Source: Antedon mediterranea (lineage: Eukaryota > Animalia > Echinodermata). Taken from it: a stretch of 64,000 bases of DNA. The stretch covers positions 25,034,795-25,098,794 of the forward strand of contig NC_092670.1 in assembly GCF_964355755.1 (NCBI RefSeq), read 5' to 3'. Of the stretch, positions 12,591 to 24,245 are shown one piece after another. The notes under the pieces are model-generated. The model was not told where the DNA came from. It saw nothing but the letters and a program-made list of their open reading frames with translations, and did no database searches. Every line of letters starts with the position of its first letter. Positions within the stretch are counted from its first letter, which is position 1. The position numbers and the translations under genes were made by a program.

Positions 12591-15500
12591 TTAAAATAAA
12601 TATTCGGGTTTCGAATAATTGAATAAATCAAAATCAGTTTTGTAAACGTCCCAAAGTTTGTTTATCAGCTCAGGAGATAATTTTCTGTAGGATGTGTCAT
12701 ACTTGCCACTACTATTTGTCGGTTTTCCTTTCTGGACATCTGCTGGTGGAAACTTAGCTAGATGAGATACTTTAAAAGACTTCAAAATAAAATCCGAATC
12801 ATCTTTAATCGTTTCTAGTTTAACAATATAGTCGTAATTAACTTTACAAGGTGAACATAATTTGTACATCTCCTGCCAGTGGGCTTCAAATTTTGTTATT
12901 TGTGCTGGGTCTGTAAGGTAAGACACAAACTCATTAAATTTTAATCCTCGACCAGTTGAAAGGTCAGATCGGGATGCTTTTTGTCGATATTTTCTCATAA
13001 TTTTCTTTGCAAATCGTTGAAAGATTGTATTCGTCCGCCGATCAAAGTTCATCTCAAATTTATTCTTAAAAGCTGATAGAATTCGAAGAAATGGTTCTCG
13101 TACAATCATAAATTTGGTGTAGTTTGCAAGAACGTGGGCCTTCTTTGCGTTAGATAACGACGATAGTAAAGGCAATCCGTTTAGTTCATGTGCCTCTGGT
13201 CCAGTTATGTCTTCAATTTCTTTCGGATAACCGTTTAATACCATCATAACGCGTTTCCAATTGCTACAAGCAACTTTAGGTATAAAGCAGTATATTCCTC
13301 TAATGTTGTGATTTACAAACATGTGTTTTTCTGTGGTTGTTGACACCGGTGCATTCTTTAGTTCGGGGTGCCTCGTGTCGCATGCTTCTTTCAAATGACT
13401 TACTCGCTGTGACTGAATTCGCCTTTGACGTTCCATGAACATACCAGTAGGCCCACTTTTCTTCTAAAATATGATAATAAAAAAAATAATAAATGAATGT
13501 TTACAGATGTACTTTTGTAACACTGCATACAGTAACATATCATATCCTCTAACAAGCAAAACAAATGCACTCATTTCTCTCTTTCATCAGTTTCAAAGAC
13601 AGGACGACCACAGACCCGGGGATCATACTCAAACAAACAAATAATCATTAGTCTGTCTATGTCGCCATATTAAGTCTAATAGCTGTGATGTTGTATATCT
13701 GTTTTAATTGTCATGACCTCATATCCATCTCCTTATAGATGTACACCACAGCCCAAAACACCCACCCACTAATGTGCTATTAATCGGATATTTATGTTGT
13801 GTCGGTATTATTTTTAAAACAGTTTAGTAGGCTACTTACCATCGTAACTAAAGATGAATCGTCGGTTGTAACTTCACGTACTTTTGCTAAAAAGCACAAT
13901 AAAGAAAATAATAATACGTTATAATAATGTACTACTATATGTGTATACTTTTTTTTTTTCTTTCTTTTTCTTAAATTCTACTCAGCAAGAGAATTCGGAT
14001 TTAAAAACCGTATTTTGAAAGAATGGTATTTTTTTTAAACCAGAAACGGAAAAGGAACTGATTTTGAATACGGATTTACAAACCCCAAATGATTCAATCT
14101 GGTCTAAAAATCGCCTGACGTTGCGATAATAATGACATCGCTTGAAATAACATTGCAGCGTTACGTTAGCATACTATAAACAAAAGCATTTAGGACCGGA
14201 ACAAAAAGTGTGACTAGCACCGTCATATATAATACATTACAGTATTGATTTCTAAAGTAGGCCTACGGTAGGTAATCCAAGTCTAGCCATATATAGGAAA
14301 AATTTAAAAACCGTATTTAGAAACATACAAATTAATATTGTTTTATGAATAATGTTTTTGTTAAACAGTAGTAATAGTGAGGGCCTTAATTCGATTATTT
14401 TTTCTTTAAATACTTTTCCCTACTAAAGAGTACTGTAAATCTCACAATGTCAATGTTTATTAAAAAAAATATAATCATTGGCAACAACATGATAACCCTA
14501 GAAAAATGTGCCTCATAAAATAAACCCTTTAAGTTGTGCTACAGGTTTTTTTTAAATGTTATGATAGACTCACTGAAATTATTATTATTATTATTATTAT
14601 TATAAATGGGAAGTAGGAAAAGGTATATAAATCTAAAGAACAATCAATTTGACACAGGAAAATACACTTTTTTAAAATTAGAAATAGTTAAGCCTACAGT
14701 ATAATAATATAAGTAGTTCTTTGATAGTAAACCAATAAAACTTACGTTGGCAAGACAGTTTCGTCTAGCTGTCAGCTTGACTTCTTCAGTTGCTATGATG
14801 CGTTATGGCGCCGATTGGTCTCCTTTCCAGCCACTAGATGATTTTGTTGTGTAGCCTAGGGGACCAGTCGTCGTCAGAAGCTGATCGTAAATGTGAGATA
14901 GTTGGTGCGCGCCTTCGTCTCTATTCATCTTTGTATTTTTATTTTGCTTTCTTATGCTGATGCTTTCTTTAATTTTACGTTTAAGCCAAACTTGTTCTTT
15001 GTGTAGTACCTCTATCTTATCCCAGTTAGGTATGTGGTTGTGTGTGGTCATATGGTCCGTGATTGCTGATTTATGTAAAATGGAGGACGAAACTTTCCGT
15101 GATGCACGCGTCTGCATGTTCTGTGTGTTTTCCTCAACATCTTTCTTGTGCTCTTTAATTCTGGTTTTGAGTGCCCTACCCGTTTCCCCAATATACACCA
15201 TCTCACAGTTGGTGCACCCCACTTTGTAGACGACACCACAGGAATCCTCTTTGCATGCTTTATCTTTCGGTCGGACGATTAAGTTTTTAATTTTGTTAGA
15301 TGGTTTAAAGTATGTTCGTATGTTATATTTTTTAAATGTTCTCTTGATTTTCTCTGACAGGCCTTGAATATATGGGATGGATATCGACCCTCTTATATCT
15401 TCTGTTTCGGGTTGTTTGTCCGTTTTTTGTTTATCTAGGTTACGTTGTACCTTTCTAATCGTCCATGTAGGGTAGTTGCATTGTTTAAGTAAAGTATGTA

Positions 15501-18500
15501 TCATCTCAGTTTCGTTCTGTTTGTCTGGATTATTTGTGATTATCGTGTTACATCTGTGTAGAAGTGTGCGGATAACGGATAACTTGTGTTGTAGAGGATG
15601 ATGTGAGTTAAAGTCCAAGTATTGATTTGTGTGGGTGGCTTTCCTAAAAACTTTAGTGTTGATGTTGCCTTCCCCATCAACTAGAATTAGCGTATCCAAG
15701 AATGGGATAGAGTTGTCTGTTAAGGACATTTCTTCGCAAGTGAAATTAATGTCATCATCGATTTTGTTTAAGTGTTGTAATAATGGTTGTGTCGCATCCT
15801 TGGGAATTATTGTTATAATGTCATCTACATACCTTTTCCACATCCTCGGTTTTATGTCGGTGTGAGCTGTAGTTATTGCCTCATTTTCCAGCCATTCCAT
15901 AAATAAAGAGATGTAACACGATAATCACAAATAATCCAGACAAACAGAACGAAACTGAGATGATACATACTTTACTTAAACAATGCAACTACCCTACATG
16001 GACGATTAGAAAGGTACAACGTAACCTAGATAAACAAAAAACGGACAAACAACCCGAAACAGAAGATATAAGAGGGTCGATATCCATCCCATATATTCAA
16101 GGCCTGTCAGAGAAAATCAAGAGAACATTTAAAAAATATAACATACGAACATACTTTAAACCATCTAACAAAATTAAAAACTTAATCGTCCGACCGAAAG
16201 ATAAAGCATGCAAAGAGGATTCCTGTGGTGTCGTCTACAAAGTGGGGTGCACCAACTGTGAGATGGTGTATATTGGGGAAACGGGTAGGGCACTCAAAAC
16301 CAGAACTAAAGAGCACAAGAAAGATGTTGAGGAAAACACACAGAACATGCAGACGCGTGCATCACGGAAAGTTTCGTCCTCCATTTTACATAAATCAGCA
16401 ATCACGGACCATATGACCACACACAACCACATACCTAACTGGGATAAGATAGAGGTACTACACAAAGAACAAGTTTGGCTTAAACGTAAAATTAAAGAAA
16501 GCATCAGCATAAGAAAGCAAAATAAAAATACAAAGATGAATAGAGACGAAGGCGCGCACCAACTATCTCACATTTACGATCAGCTTCTGACGACGACTGG
16601 TCCCCTAGGCTACACAACAAAATCATCTAGTGGCTGGAAAGGAGACCAATCGGCGCCATAACGCATCATAGCAACTGAAGAAGTCAAGCTGACAGCTAGA
16701 CGAAACTGTCTTGCCAACGTAAGTTTTATTGGTTTACTATCAAAGAACTACTTATATTATTATACGAATCGAAACCAGAAGAAATGTTTTCATTATTAAG
16801 CCTACAGTATCCAGTTAGCGTTTTTACATTAATGAAAAAGTACTGTATCACCATTTTTTTTTTTAAGGGGCTCATTTTACGATGCATGTTCTGCTTTATT
16901 GCTCTGACGAAATTGAGTATTAGTCAATTTAATTGTTGTTGGTTTATATATTTTATTTTATTCCCGGAGCTACTGTGGTTCAACAATTCACCTTATTCCT
17001 TCTTCTAGATCCTCTACCCACATCTATCGTAAAGCTATGTAATGTTAAGTTAACTCGTATAATCTCACAAATTACGAATCTGTCAATAGAATCGGGTGAA
17101 GTAGTCGACTCAATGAAATCTGCTATTGTCACACCCCTACTAAAGAAGCCAACACTGGATCCTGAAATTCTGAAAAACTTCAGACCTATATCCAACCTTC
17201 CTTTTGTCTCCAAGATAATTGAGAAGACTGTTGCAGCTCAGATACATAAGTATCTGAATGAGAATGCCTTGCTTGAACCTCTCCAATCAGCTTACCGAAA
17301 ATTCCACAGTACAGAGACAGCACTACTCAAAATTCACAACGATATTTTGAATTCCATAGATTCTGTAAAATGTGTTCTGCTTGTCCTATTAGACTTGTCA
17401 GCTGCATTTGACACCATACACCATGCAATACTTCTTAAACGCCTTTCAACTCTCGGTATTACAGGAAGCGCACTTTCCTGGTTCCGCTCATACCTAACCA
17501 ACAGGCTCCAATCAATAGTCGTCAATGGCAAAACATCTGACCCTAAACCTCTGCATTTTGGTGTACCACAGGGGTCTGTTTTGGGCCCTCTGCTGTTTAC
17601 CATCTATATTTTACCCCTTGGACAACTCATTAGACGCCAAAATTTAAGCTTTCACCAATATTCCGATGATAATCAACTGTACCTGTCATTTGTTAAATCG
17701 GATTCTAGCTCTGCTGTCAGTTCTGTTGAACAATGTGTAAATGAAATTAAGCAATGGATGACCATTAACAAACTTAAACTTAACGACCAGAAAACAGAAG
17801 TCATTCTTATTCGCTCTAAGTTTGACATATCATCTCTCCCATTCGACCATATTAATGTTGGCAACTCTACTGTTCAACTGGTGAAATCAGCAAAGAATAT
17901 TGGCGTCACTTTTGATGAAAGACATACCTTTAAACAACATATCTCTAATACTTGTCGAGCGATTTACTTTTATCTCAGAAAAACTAACCACATCAGGAAA
18001 TATTTATCTCCGGAATCATGTAAAACCATAATCTACGCTGTACTCTCTGCTAAACTCGACTATGGAAACGCACTCTTGTTTGGACTACCGGATTCACAAC
18101 TATCTCTTCTTCAGCGTGCTCAGAACACTGCTGCCAGAATCATCACTCGTACTAGAAAACATGAACACATCACACCAGTACTTCGGATTTTGCATTGGCT
18201 GCCCGTTCAATTCCGTATTAAATTCAAACTGCTTCTCATTACATACAAAGCTCTAAATGGACCTCAGTATATTGCTGATCTTCCTGTAATTTACACTTCG
18301 TCTCGTACACTGCGTTCATCTAATAAACTTCTCCTTCATGTTCCTAAATGGAAACTTCAGACATATGGCCATCGTGCATTTTCCTGTGCAGCACCCATTT
18401 TGTGGAATAAACTGCCAATCGACATAAAGACATCTGAAAACATCAACACTTTCAAAACACGACTAAAAACCCATTTTTACACAGAGGCATTTCCTGCTTA

Positions 18501-20954
18501 ACTTTGTCAAGCGCCTTTGAACATTATTATGGATACTGGCGCTATATAAATCTGATTGATTGATTGATTGATTGATAAAATGATAAATTTCAGGTTTCTA
18601 AATGTCAGGCGACATAGTTTAAGTTTCATTACAAACATAATTCCAGCCTCCTCATCGTGTTTAAATGATATTTGATAATTGAACAATAGCAACACTGATC
18701 CATGTGACGTAGCAATTAGCCTATAATAATAATGATCAATTATGGCTGTGTTTGAATTTATACTAATGCCAATGAAATTCACTACCATTTAGAAACGGTA
18801 AAATAATAATAATGTTTATTTGGATAACCGGGAATGAGAATACTAAAAACTCACAAATTCTGCATTATCTTAGCAGCAATCAAATGGTAGGCCTAAAACA
18901 AAACTAAAAGCCTACAATACATGTCCTGAAAAAAAGTGTTTCGTTCAAGACAATCTTAAATAGTGAAATTATAATGTTAATTTTCATTATAACTAGATGG
19001 TACGCTCGCTTCGCTCGCGTACCATCTAGGTCGTGCCCACAGATGGTTCTCGAATACACAGTAATTTCAGCGTAACAAAACTGGCGATTTCAAATGTACG
19101 TACCGCGGGACTATAATACATTGTCGTTTACAGAAACGAATAAATAGACACGATGATTTATGTAGTCAACTAAAATTAGCACCCTGGGAATTACTTCCGA
19201 AGGAGAAACTTATCACAAAATGAGTCCAATTTTTTGATTTGGACTCATTTAAAGAAACCCAATTTGTGTTTTGTATGTAACATTAGGGTTGAGGGATGGG
19301 AAAGCGGATAGGTACAAAGAGGAACAATTTTTAAATATATTCTTTATCCACTCAGTAACGAAATATTTTTTTCATGTTTTATAGGCCTATAAATAATATA
19401 CCTCTAAATACAGTAAAACATTTGCGATGTAATACTTTGTTAAAACTGTCACTGTCATAATCGATTAAAATATTAAAGTTTATATTTTTGGTAATTATTA
19501 ATTAATACAAACTGTGAGAAGGAACTGTCAGTATAAAGTTTATTTGTATAATAATGTGTTTATATATCTAACAGTAGAGCCTATCCACAATCTCAGTAAT
19601 AAAGTTTATTTGTATATATTTTTATATTAGGCCTACACCTAACAGTACGAACATTCACAATAAGAAATGCTCGATTCAAATGAGGGCCAAAAATAGTTAA
19701 TAGGTATTTACAGTATTGCAAGTTTATTCTCAAAGGGCCCATATATTTACCTACCGTATGTGTTAAACCAAGGGATCATAAATTTACCTACTTGTGTTAA
19801 ACCAAACTCTGGCAGACTGAGAGATTGGGATGTTCCATTCATCGCAAATCAATACATTTGTATAATCGTATATTAAATCTATCAAAATAGTATTTTTTTA
19901 AGAAAATCGGCCTGTCTTCAACATTATGATGCTGTACTCTAGCTGTTCAACCGGTTTTCAGCTATTAAAAACAATTATCGTAGGAGGAGATAGGAAAATG
20001 CGAAGCCTCCTCGCAAATTTGTGGCGGGTATTTTTCAAGATGGACATCCATTAGACAGTGTATACCACGATCGGAAAACACCCCTATTTGGGGCAAATCG
20101 TTGAACCTAAATTCGTTTTAATCGTCAATAACTAATTATCTAACTTAATTTAATTAGTAAACAGGGTTACATCAGGTGGTTAAAATCAGTACCGAAAGTA
20201 CAAACCAACTTTATATACCATCGAGTAAAACTTCTAGAAGTAAGGCGCGATTTACCGAATTTTGCCCTTACGTAAATTTATATATAGATTATAAGCTTAT
20301 AACTAAAAATGTGTTGATGCTCACTTCATTAGTGAGCGCACTCACTGTGATGTAGAAGGTATATTCAGTGAGTTGTACAACTCTCTGGTTTTTCGAAACA
20401 TTTATGTTTCTGTCTATATTGTTGTTGTTTAAGCAATATACCAATAAATATTATTTGTAATGATTAACATAAAAACTGTTGTTGTTGTTAAGTTTGATAT
20501 TAAATGTAAAATAAATATTTTGTCACGCACTCAGCGCAAATATTATTGAGTTATAATACTATATCTAAACTAGGCATTTATTTCTTTTTTACATACACAT
20601 TGGTCGTAATAATAATAAAAACTGTTCTCATTTTACAATAAATAAATAAACACAAACTTTATTTCCATGTTCTGTAACTATCTTCAGCAGCATTAGGTAA
20701 TAATATGACTATACGCCTATTTTTTTTTTATAGGGAACTAAGGTAAATTTGCGGTAAGTTTCTTAATATCCTTATTAAAAGTGCTGCTGAGATAGGGCTT
20801 ACTTACCATTATTTCTAATGAACACTGACGAAGTTGTGTCGCTTGGTGCTGATTTAAAAATTGTTGATAAAATACCAGCAAAAGTGATGGAAAAACATAG
20901 AAAAGCTGTAAAACGACTACTACGCATAATACGAACACATACACATGTCTTCAT
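12591..20954 (-). CDS. Carbohydrate sulfotransferase (HNK-1ST/CHST8-14 family, CHST11-like), copy 1, about 355 aa
   Basis: Exons 20954-20807 (MKTCVCVRIMRSSRFTAFLCFSITFAGILSTIF..., type II membrane anchor; alternative ATG at 20927), 13886-13840 and 13463-12591, with GT-AG introns and matching phases. PAPS-binding motifs YCFIPKVACSNWKRV (5'-PSB) and VREPFLRILSAFKNKF (3'-PB), plus HW...CSPC...YDYIVKLET and DFDLFNY. Confidence 0.92.
14750..14793 (-). ncRNA. Minimal hammerhead ribozyme motif (inverted copy)
   Basis: Exact reverse complement of 16671-16714. Confidence 0.75.
14803..15900 (-). CDS. Penelope-like RT C-terminus, thumb and GIY-YIG endonuclease (5'-truncated)
   Basis: WKRYVDD, PFLDTLI, VFRKATHTNQYLDFNSHHP, GVVYKVGCTNCEMVYIGETGR, and SAITDH...H. 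Confidence 0.9.
   Translation of the reverse strand: MEWLENEAITTAHTDIKPRMWKRYVDDIITIIPKDATQPLLQHLNKIDDDINFTCEEMSLTDNSIPFLDTLILVDGEGNINTKVFRKATHTNQYLDFNSHHPLQHKLSVIRTLLHRCNTIITNNPDKQNETEMIHTLLKQCNYPTWTIRKVQRNLDKQKTDKQPETEDIRGSISIPYIQGLSEKIKRTFKKYNIRTYFKPSNKIKNLIVRPKDKACKEDSCGVVYKVGCTNCEMVYIGETGRALKTRIKEHKKDVEENTQNMQTRASRKVSSSILHKSAITDHMTTHNHIPNWDKIEVLHKEQVWLKRKIKESISIRKQNKNTKMNRDEGAHQLSHIYDQLLTTTGPLGYTTKSSSGWKGDQSAP
15960..16661 (+). CDS. Penelope-like GIY-YIG endonuclease fragment
   Basis: Identical to the C-terminal 233 aa of ORF 14803-15900 except for one residue (TRIKEH vs TRTKEH). Confidence 0.85.
   Translation: MIHTLLKQCNYPTWTIRKVQRNLDKQKTDKQPETEDIRGSISIPYIQGLSEKIKRTFKKYNIRTYFKPSNKIKNLIVRPKDKACKEDSCGVVYKVGCTNCEMVYIGETGRALKTRTKEHKKDVEENTQNMQTRASRKVSSSILHKSAITDHMTTHNHIPNWDKIEVLHKEQVWLKRKIKESISIRKQNKNTKMNRDEGAHQLSHIYDQLLTTTGPLGYTTKSSSGWKGDQSAP
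16671..16714 (+). ncRNA. Minimal type I hammerhead ribozyme motif of the Penelope-like element
   Basis: gcaa CTGAAGA a gtc-a-agct-gac-agct-a-gac GAAA ctg TC ttgc. This gives stem I gcaa/ttgc, the CUGANGA core, stem II, GAAA, a minimal stem III and a GUC cleavage triplet (predicted cut after 16710). Confidence 0.75.
17001..18576 (+). mobile_element. 5'-truncated L2-like non-LTR retrotransposon with open RT ORF (to 18501)
   Basis: NFRPISNLPFVSKIIEK, QSAYRKFHSTETAL, LLDLSAAFDTI, GVPQGSVLGPLLF, YSDD (instead of YADD) and LHWLPV. The 3' end has a gcgcc...ggcgc stem and a (GATT)n tail. Confidence 0.9.
18993..20288 (-). mobile_element. Non-autonomous Helitron, copy A
   Basis: On the minus strand it begins A|TCTATATATAAATTTACG and ends with the hairpin ctagatggtacgc...gcgtaccatCTAG|T. 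There is no TSD. Both ends are shared with 38575-40379. Confidence 0.85.
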
Positions 20955-22679
20955 TTTGCAGGTTTACTATTTGTTTCAAAATATTATGTCCATTTTGTAG
21001 AATTCACAAAACGCGAATGAAAGATATCCTTGTAGGTGCGAGTAGGCCTTGATGAATTGATTCGTGGTAACAATAAGCTGCTCTGGAGAACAATGAGTTG
21101 TCAATTATGATTACAAAGGGCGAGGGCGTAGTAGACAATTTCAGTTGGGTTTTATTTGAGAGATCACTCCTCCTTCACTGAATGTCACACCTTTTGTCTT
21201 TGACATAATTGCATGGACAACCGTCCGTTTTTATTCTTTCATGCTTCTCACCTTTAGAATATACACATATTTTAGACAAAAACTACCAGCATAAGGGTAT
21301 ATTATATAGCTGTAATAATAAGACAATAATTATAATAGAGAATTTATATTGAGACAATAAGGCGCCAAATATGATGAACAATTTAAAAGGTAACAGTAAT
21401 TCACACAATGTTGTGATCTTTTATCAAATAGATTCCAATGTATCAAAGAATGTAGAAACCACGAAATTCTATGGCCGATTTTCTGGACGGTGGCAACAAT
21501 GTTGTGGTAGGACTACTAACCGAAAAACAATTGAAATCGTGGAAATTGGCCATTTCTAATTTATAGAATGGCCGCCATAAATTCGGTCATGTTTTAAAAT
21601 AATTATAGCGTATAACAAGAAAGTAATGCTGAATTATTGTATATAGGTTTGCAATACACACATTACCACAAATGGGTTACAATAATCCATCGGCTATTAT
21701 TCTAAGCATAAGATTTGTCTAAGTCTAAGAACAAGTCGATTAGCACTACTGTACATAGTCTACTATTATTTTCCTACTTATTTACTTACTATTGACTCTA
21801 TAGTCTTCAATCTTTATTTGTGTGTCGTACAACTGTTATCACTTTTCTGTATGCTTAATTCTTTGTTCGTTTTTAAGAATGTTAATTTATGAACATTATT
21901 ATGATATTCCGAAATAAAAAGAAATATTAATGGTATCTTACAAATATATTATAGCTTATTATCAAATGTTTATATTTTTTATGATGCGTGCTAATGAACG
22001 GAGTTGGTCATTCTGTATCAAATCATTCAGATAGTAATTAACAAAAAAATTATATTGGGAGATAAACTACGACATATTTTTCATACATTTTAAATACTGT
22101 ATATTCATTTTATTTATTTATTGATTCTTTCCTTTTAAAACGGACGAACTATCTGAAAACGACCTGGCAATACAAACATGGTAAGGAATGAAGTTAAATA
22201 CTAATACTATTCAGTCCCTAACCGCACTTTCACACATTGTTCTAATCAGCAATAACGTCAAATTCATTTTTTAATGCTTATGGCGTTCCATAAAAATGTT
22301 CTATTTGTGTGTGGTGCGTGCGGAAATCCCCTGTTTGTTCTTCGTTTTGGGAGGTATATTCTGACGATGGAGCATTCTCAACTTCTACAGAGCGCCATTT
22401 ATGAAATAGAAACAAGTCACTGAATTTTAATATCTTTTCGTATGTTAATACACTGTACTTAAGTGAACCCAATTTGGAGCCAGGGAAGTACAGTGAAATA
22501 AAATAGAAACAAGTCATTGAATTTTAATATCTTTTCGTATGTTAATACACACTGTGCTCAAGTGGACCCATGTGGTGTCAGTGGAGCACAGTGATATAAA
22601 ATATTTATGAAATTTATTTCACTGTGCTCCCCTGGCTCCAAACAGGTGTATTAACATACAAAAGATATTAAAATTCAAA

Positions 22680-24245
22680 TTAAGTACTAAATTAAAGTTA
22701 TCTGATGTTGTTCTTTCTGAAGACGTTGTGTTGAAAATTGTATCTGGCTTGAATGTGGAGAAGTTTGCAGGTCCTGATGATTTCCATCCTCGTGTCCTTT
22801 TTTAAATTAAAGATATTATTGCATTCCATTGAGTGTTGTGTTTTTTTTTTTATTCGACTTCTCACTAACTCAGTTAGTGAAGGATCTGGACTAACAGGTG
22901 GTAAACACCTCTAAAACGGTCCAGTCCCAATTTGCACAGTGGCTGTGTGACGTGTGACAGTGGCTGTGTTTGTGTGGACTAGTACACCGGGGTAACCCCC
23001 TACTCGTCTCGAAAGATGTACTAGGTTCTTTAAAGTGCGCATAAGCTATGTGTACACTGGACCTACGGTTTATAGTCCATATCCGAGAAGACTCGTTCTA
23101 CCACCACTCGGTTATTTGAAGATGGCTCTGTCCCTAAATCACGGAAAGAAGCCATTGTAGTACGTTTATTCAAGAAGGAAGATAAAGGGGACCCATCAAA
23201 CTATAGACCGGTAAGCCTAACTTCGGTTGTTGGGAAGATAATGGAAAGAGTTATCAGGGATGAACTTGTTGTTTATTTAGAGTCTAATAAACTTCTATCG
23301 GATGTGCAGTTTGGTTTTAGAAAGGGACGGTCATGTGCCCTTCAATTATTGGAGGTTTTAGAGGATTGGACTAAAAAACTGAATAATTCTGATAATTTTG
23401 ATTGTGTCTATTTGGATTATAAAAAGCCTTTGATAGTTAAATTACAAAATGTTGGTATAACAGGTTCGTTACTAGCATGGTTCAAGAAATTTCTATCGGG
23501 TCGTTTTCAGTGTGTCCGAGTAAATAGTGATCTTTCCCGAAATATTTTGATTAAAAGCGGAATTCCTCAGGGAAGTGTGATCGGTCCAAGTCCTTTTTCT
23601 ATTTTTATAAACGACTTGCCTGATCGTCTATTCGTTTGTTTGCCGACGATACGAAGATTTACAGGATAGTTAATGATATTTCAGATTTGGAAATATTACA
23701 AACAGATGTAGACAATGCTTCTAAATGGTCCAAAATGTGGCAATTACCATTTAATGAACAAAAATGTAAAGTTATTCATTACGGATATAATGTCCAACGA
23801 TTTCTTTATGAAATGTCTGGTTATTTATTATCGGAGGAAAAATGTGAAAAGGACATGGGAGTTATTTTTTACCCTAGTTTGAATTTTAGTTTACAGGTTG
23901 CTGACGTTTGTAAAAGGGCTAATCGGAAATTAGGGATGATAAATAGTTCATTTAAATCTCTAAAGAGGATAGGTTTTCTTAAAATGTATAAGGCTATGAT
24001 TCGTCCTATGCTTGAATATTGTAGTACAGTTGTAAATCCTATACTTATATCAAGATTTGCTTGAGAAAGTTCAGCAAAGAGCTACTAGGATGATGATTCC
24101 AGGGTTACGTAAATTATCATATTACGAGGAACGTTTGAGGGTATTAGATTTACCAACTTTAATTTATAGACGCCATAGAACTGAAACGATTCAAGTTTTT
24201 AAAATTATAAATGGTATGGAGTCTGTCTTAGGTGATTTTTTTCAC
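22680..24245 (+). mobile_element. Degenerate CR1-clade LINE RT fragment
   Basis: GPDDFHPRVL, KGDPSNYRPVSLTSVVGKIMERVIRD, SGIPQGSVIGP, FADDTKIY, W+LPFNEQKCKVIH and LEKVQQRATRM, spread over several frameshifted ORFs. Interrupted by a SINE. Confidence 0.88.
22840..23107 (-). mobile_element. 5'-truncated SINE (same family as 744-1075) nested in the CR1
   Basis: Reverse complement matches the SINE body at ~838-1056. A T-run at ~22840-22851 is the poly(A) tail. Confidence 0.8.

Larger units (their letters stand above)
14699..16795. mobile_element. Penelope-like retroelement (RT + GIY-YIG), two 5'-truncated copies in inverted arrangement
   Basis: Minus copy 14699-15908 and plus copy 15909-16795. 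The 15-bp direct repeat ttaagcctacagtat (14688-14702 and 16796-16810) is the TSD. Located in intron 1 of sulfotransferase copy 1. Confidence 0.93.

Noticed and set aside
14954-16510. Small ORFs duplicated on both strands
   Set aside because: Alternate-frame or antisense shadows of the Penelope inverted repeat.
20738-21000. ORFs 20738-20944 (-) and 20818-21000 (+)
   Set aside because: Wrong frame or strand. The real coding exon is 20954-20807 (-), supported by the paralog and splice phase.
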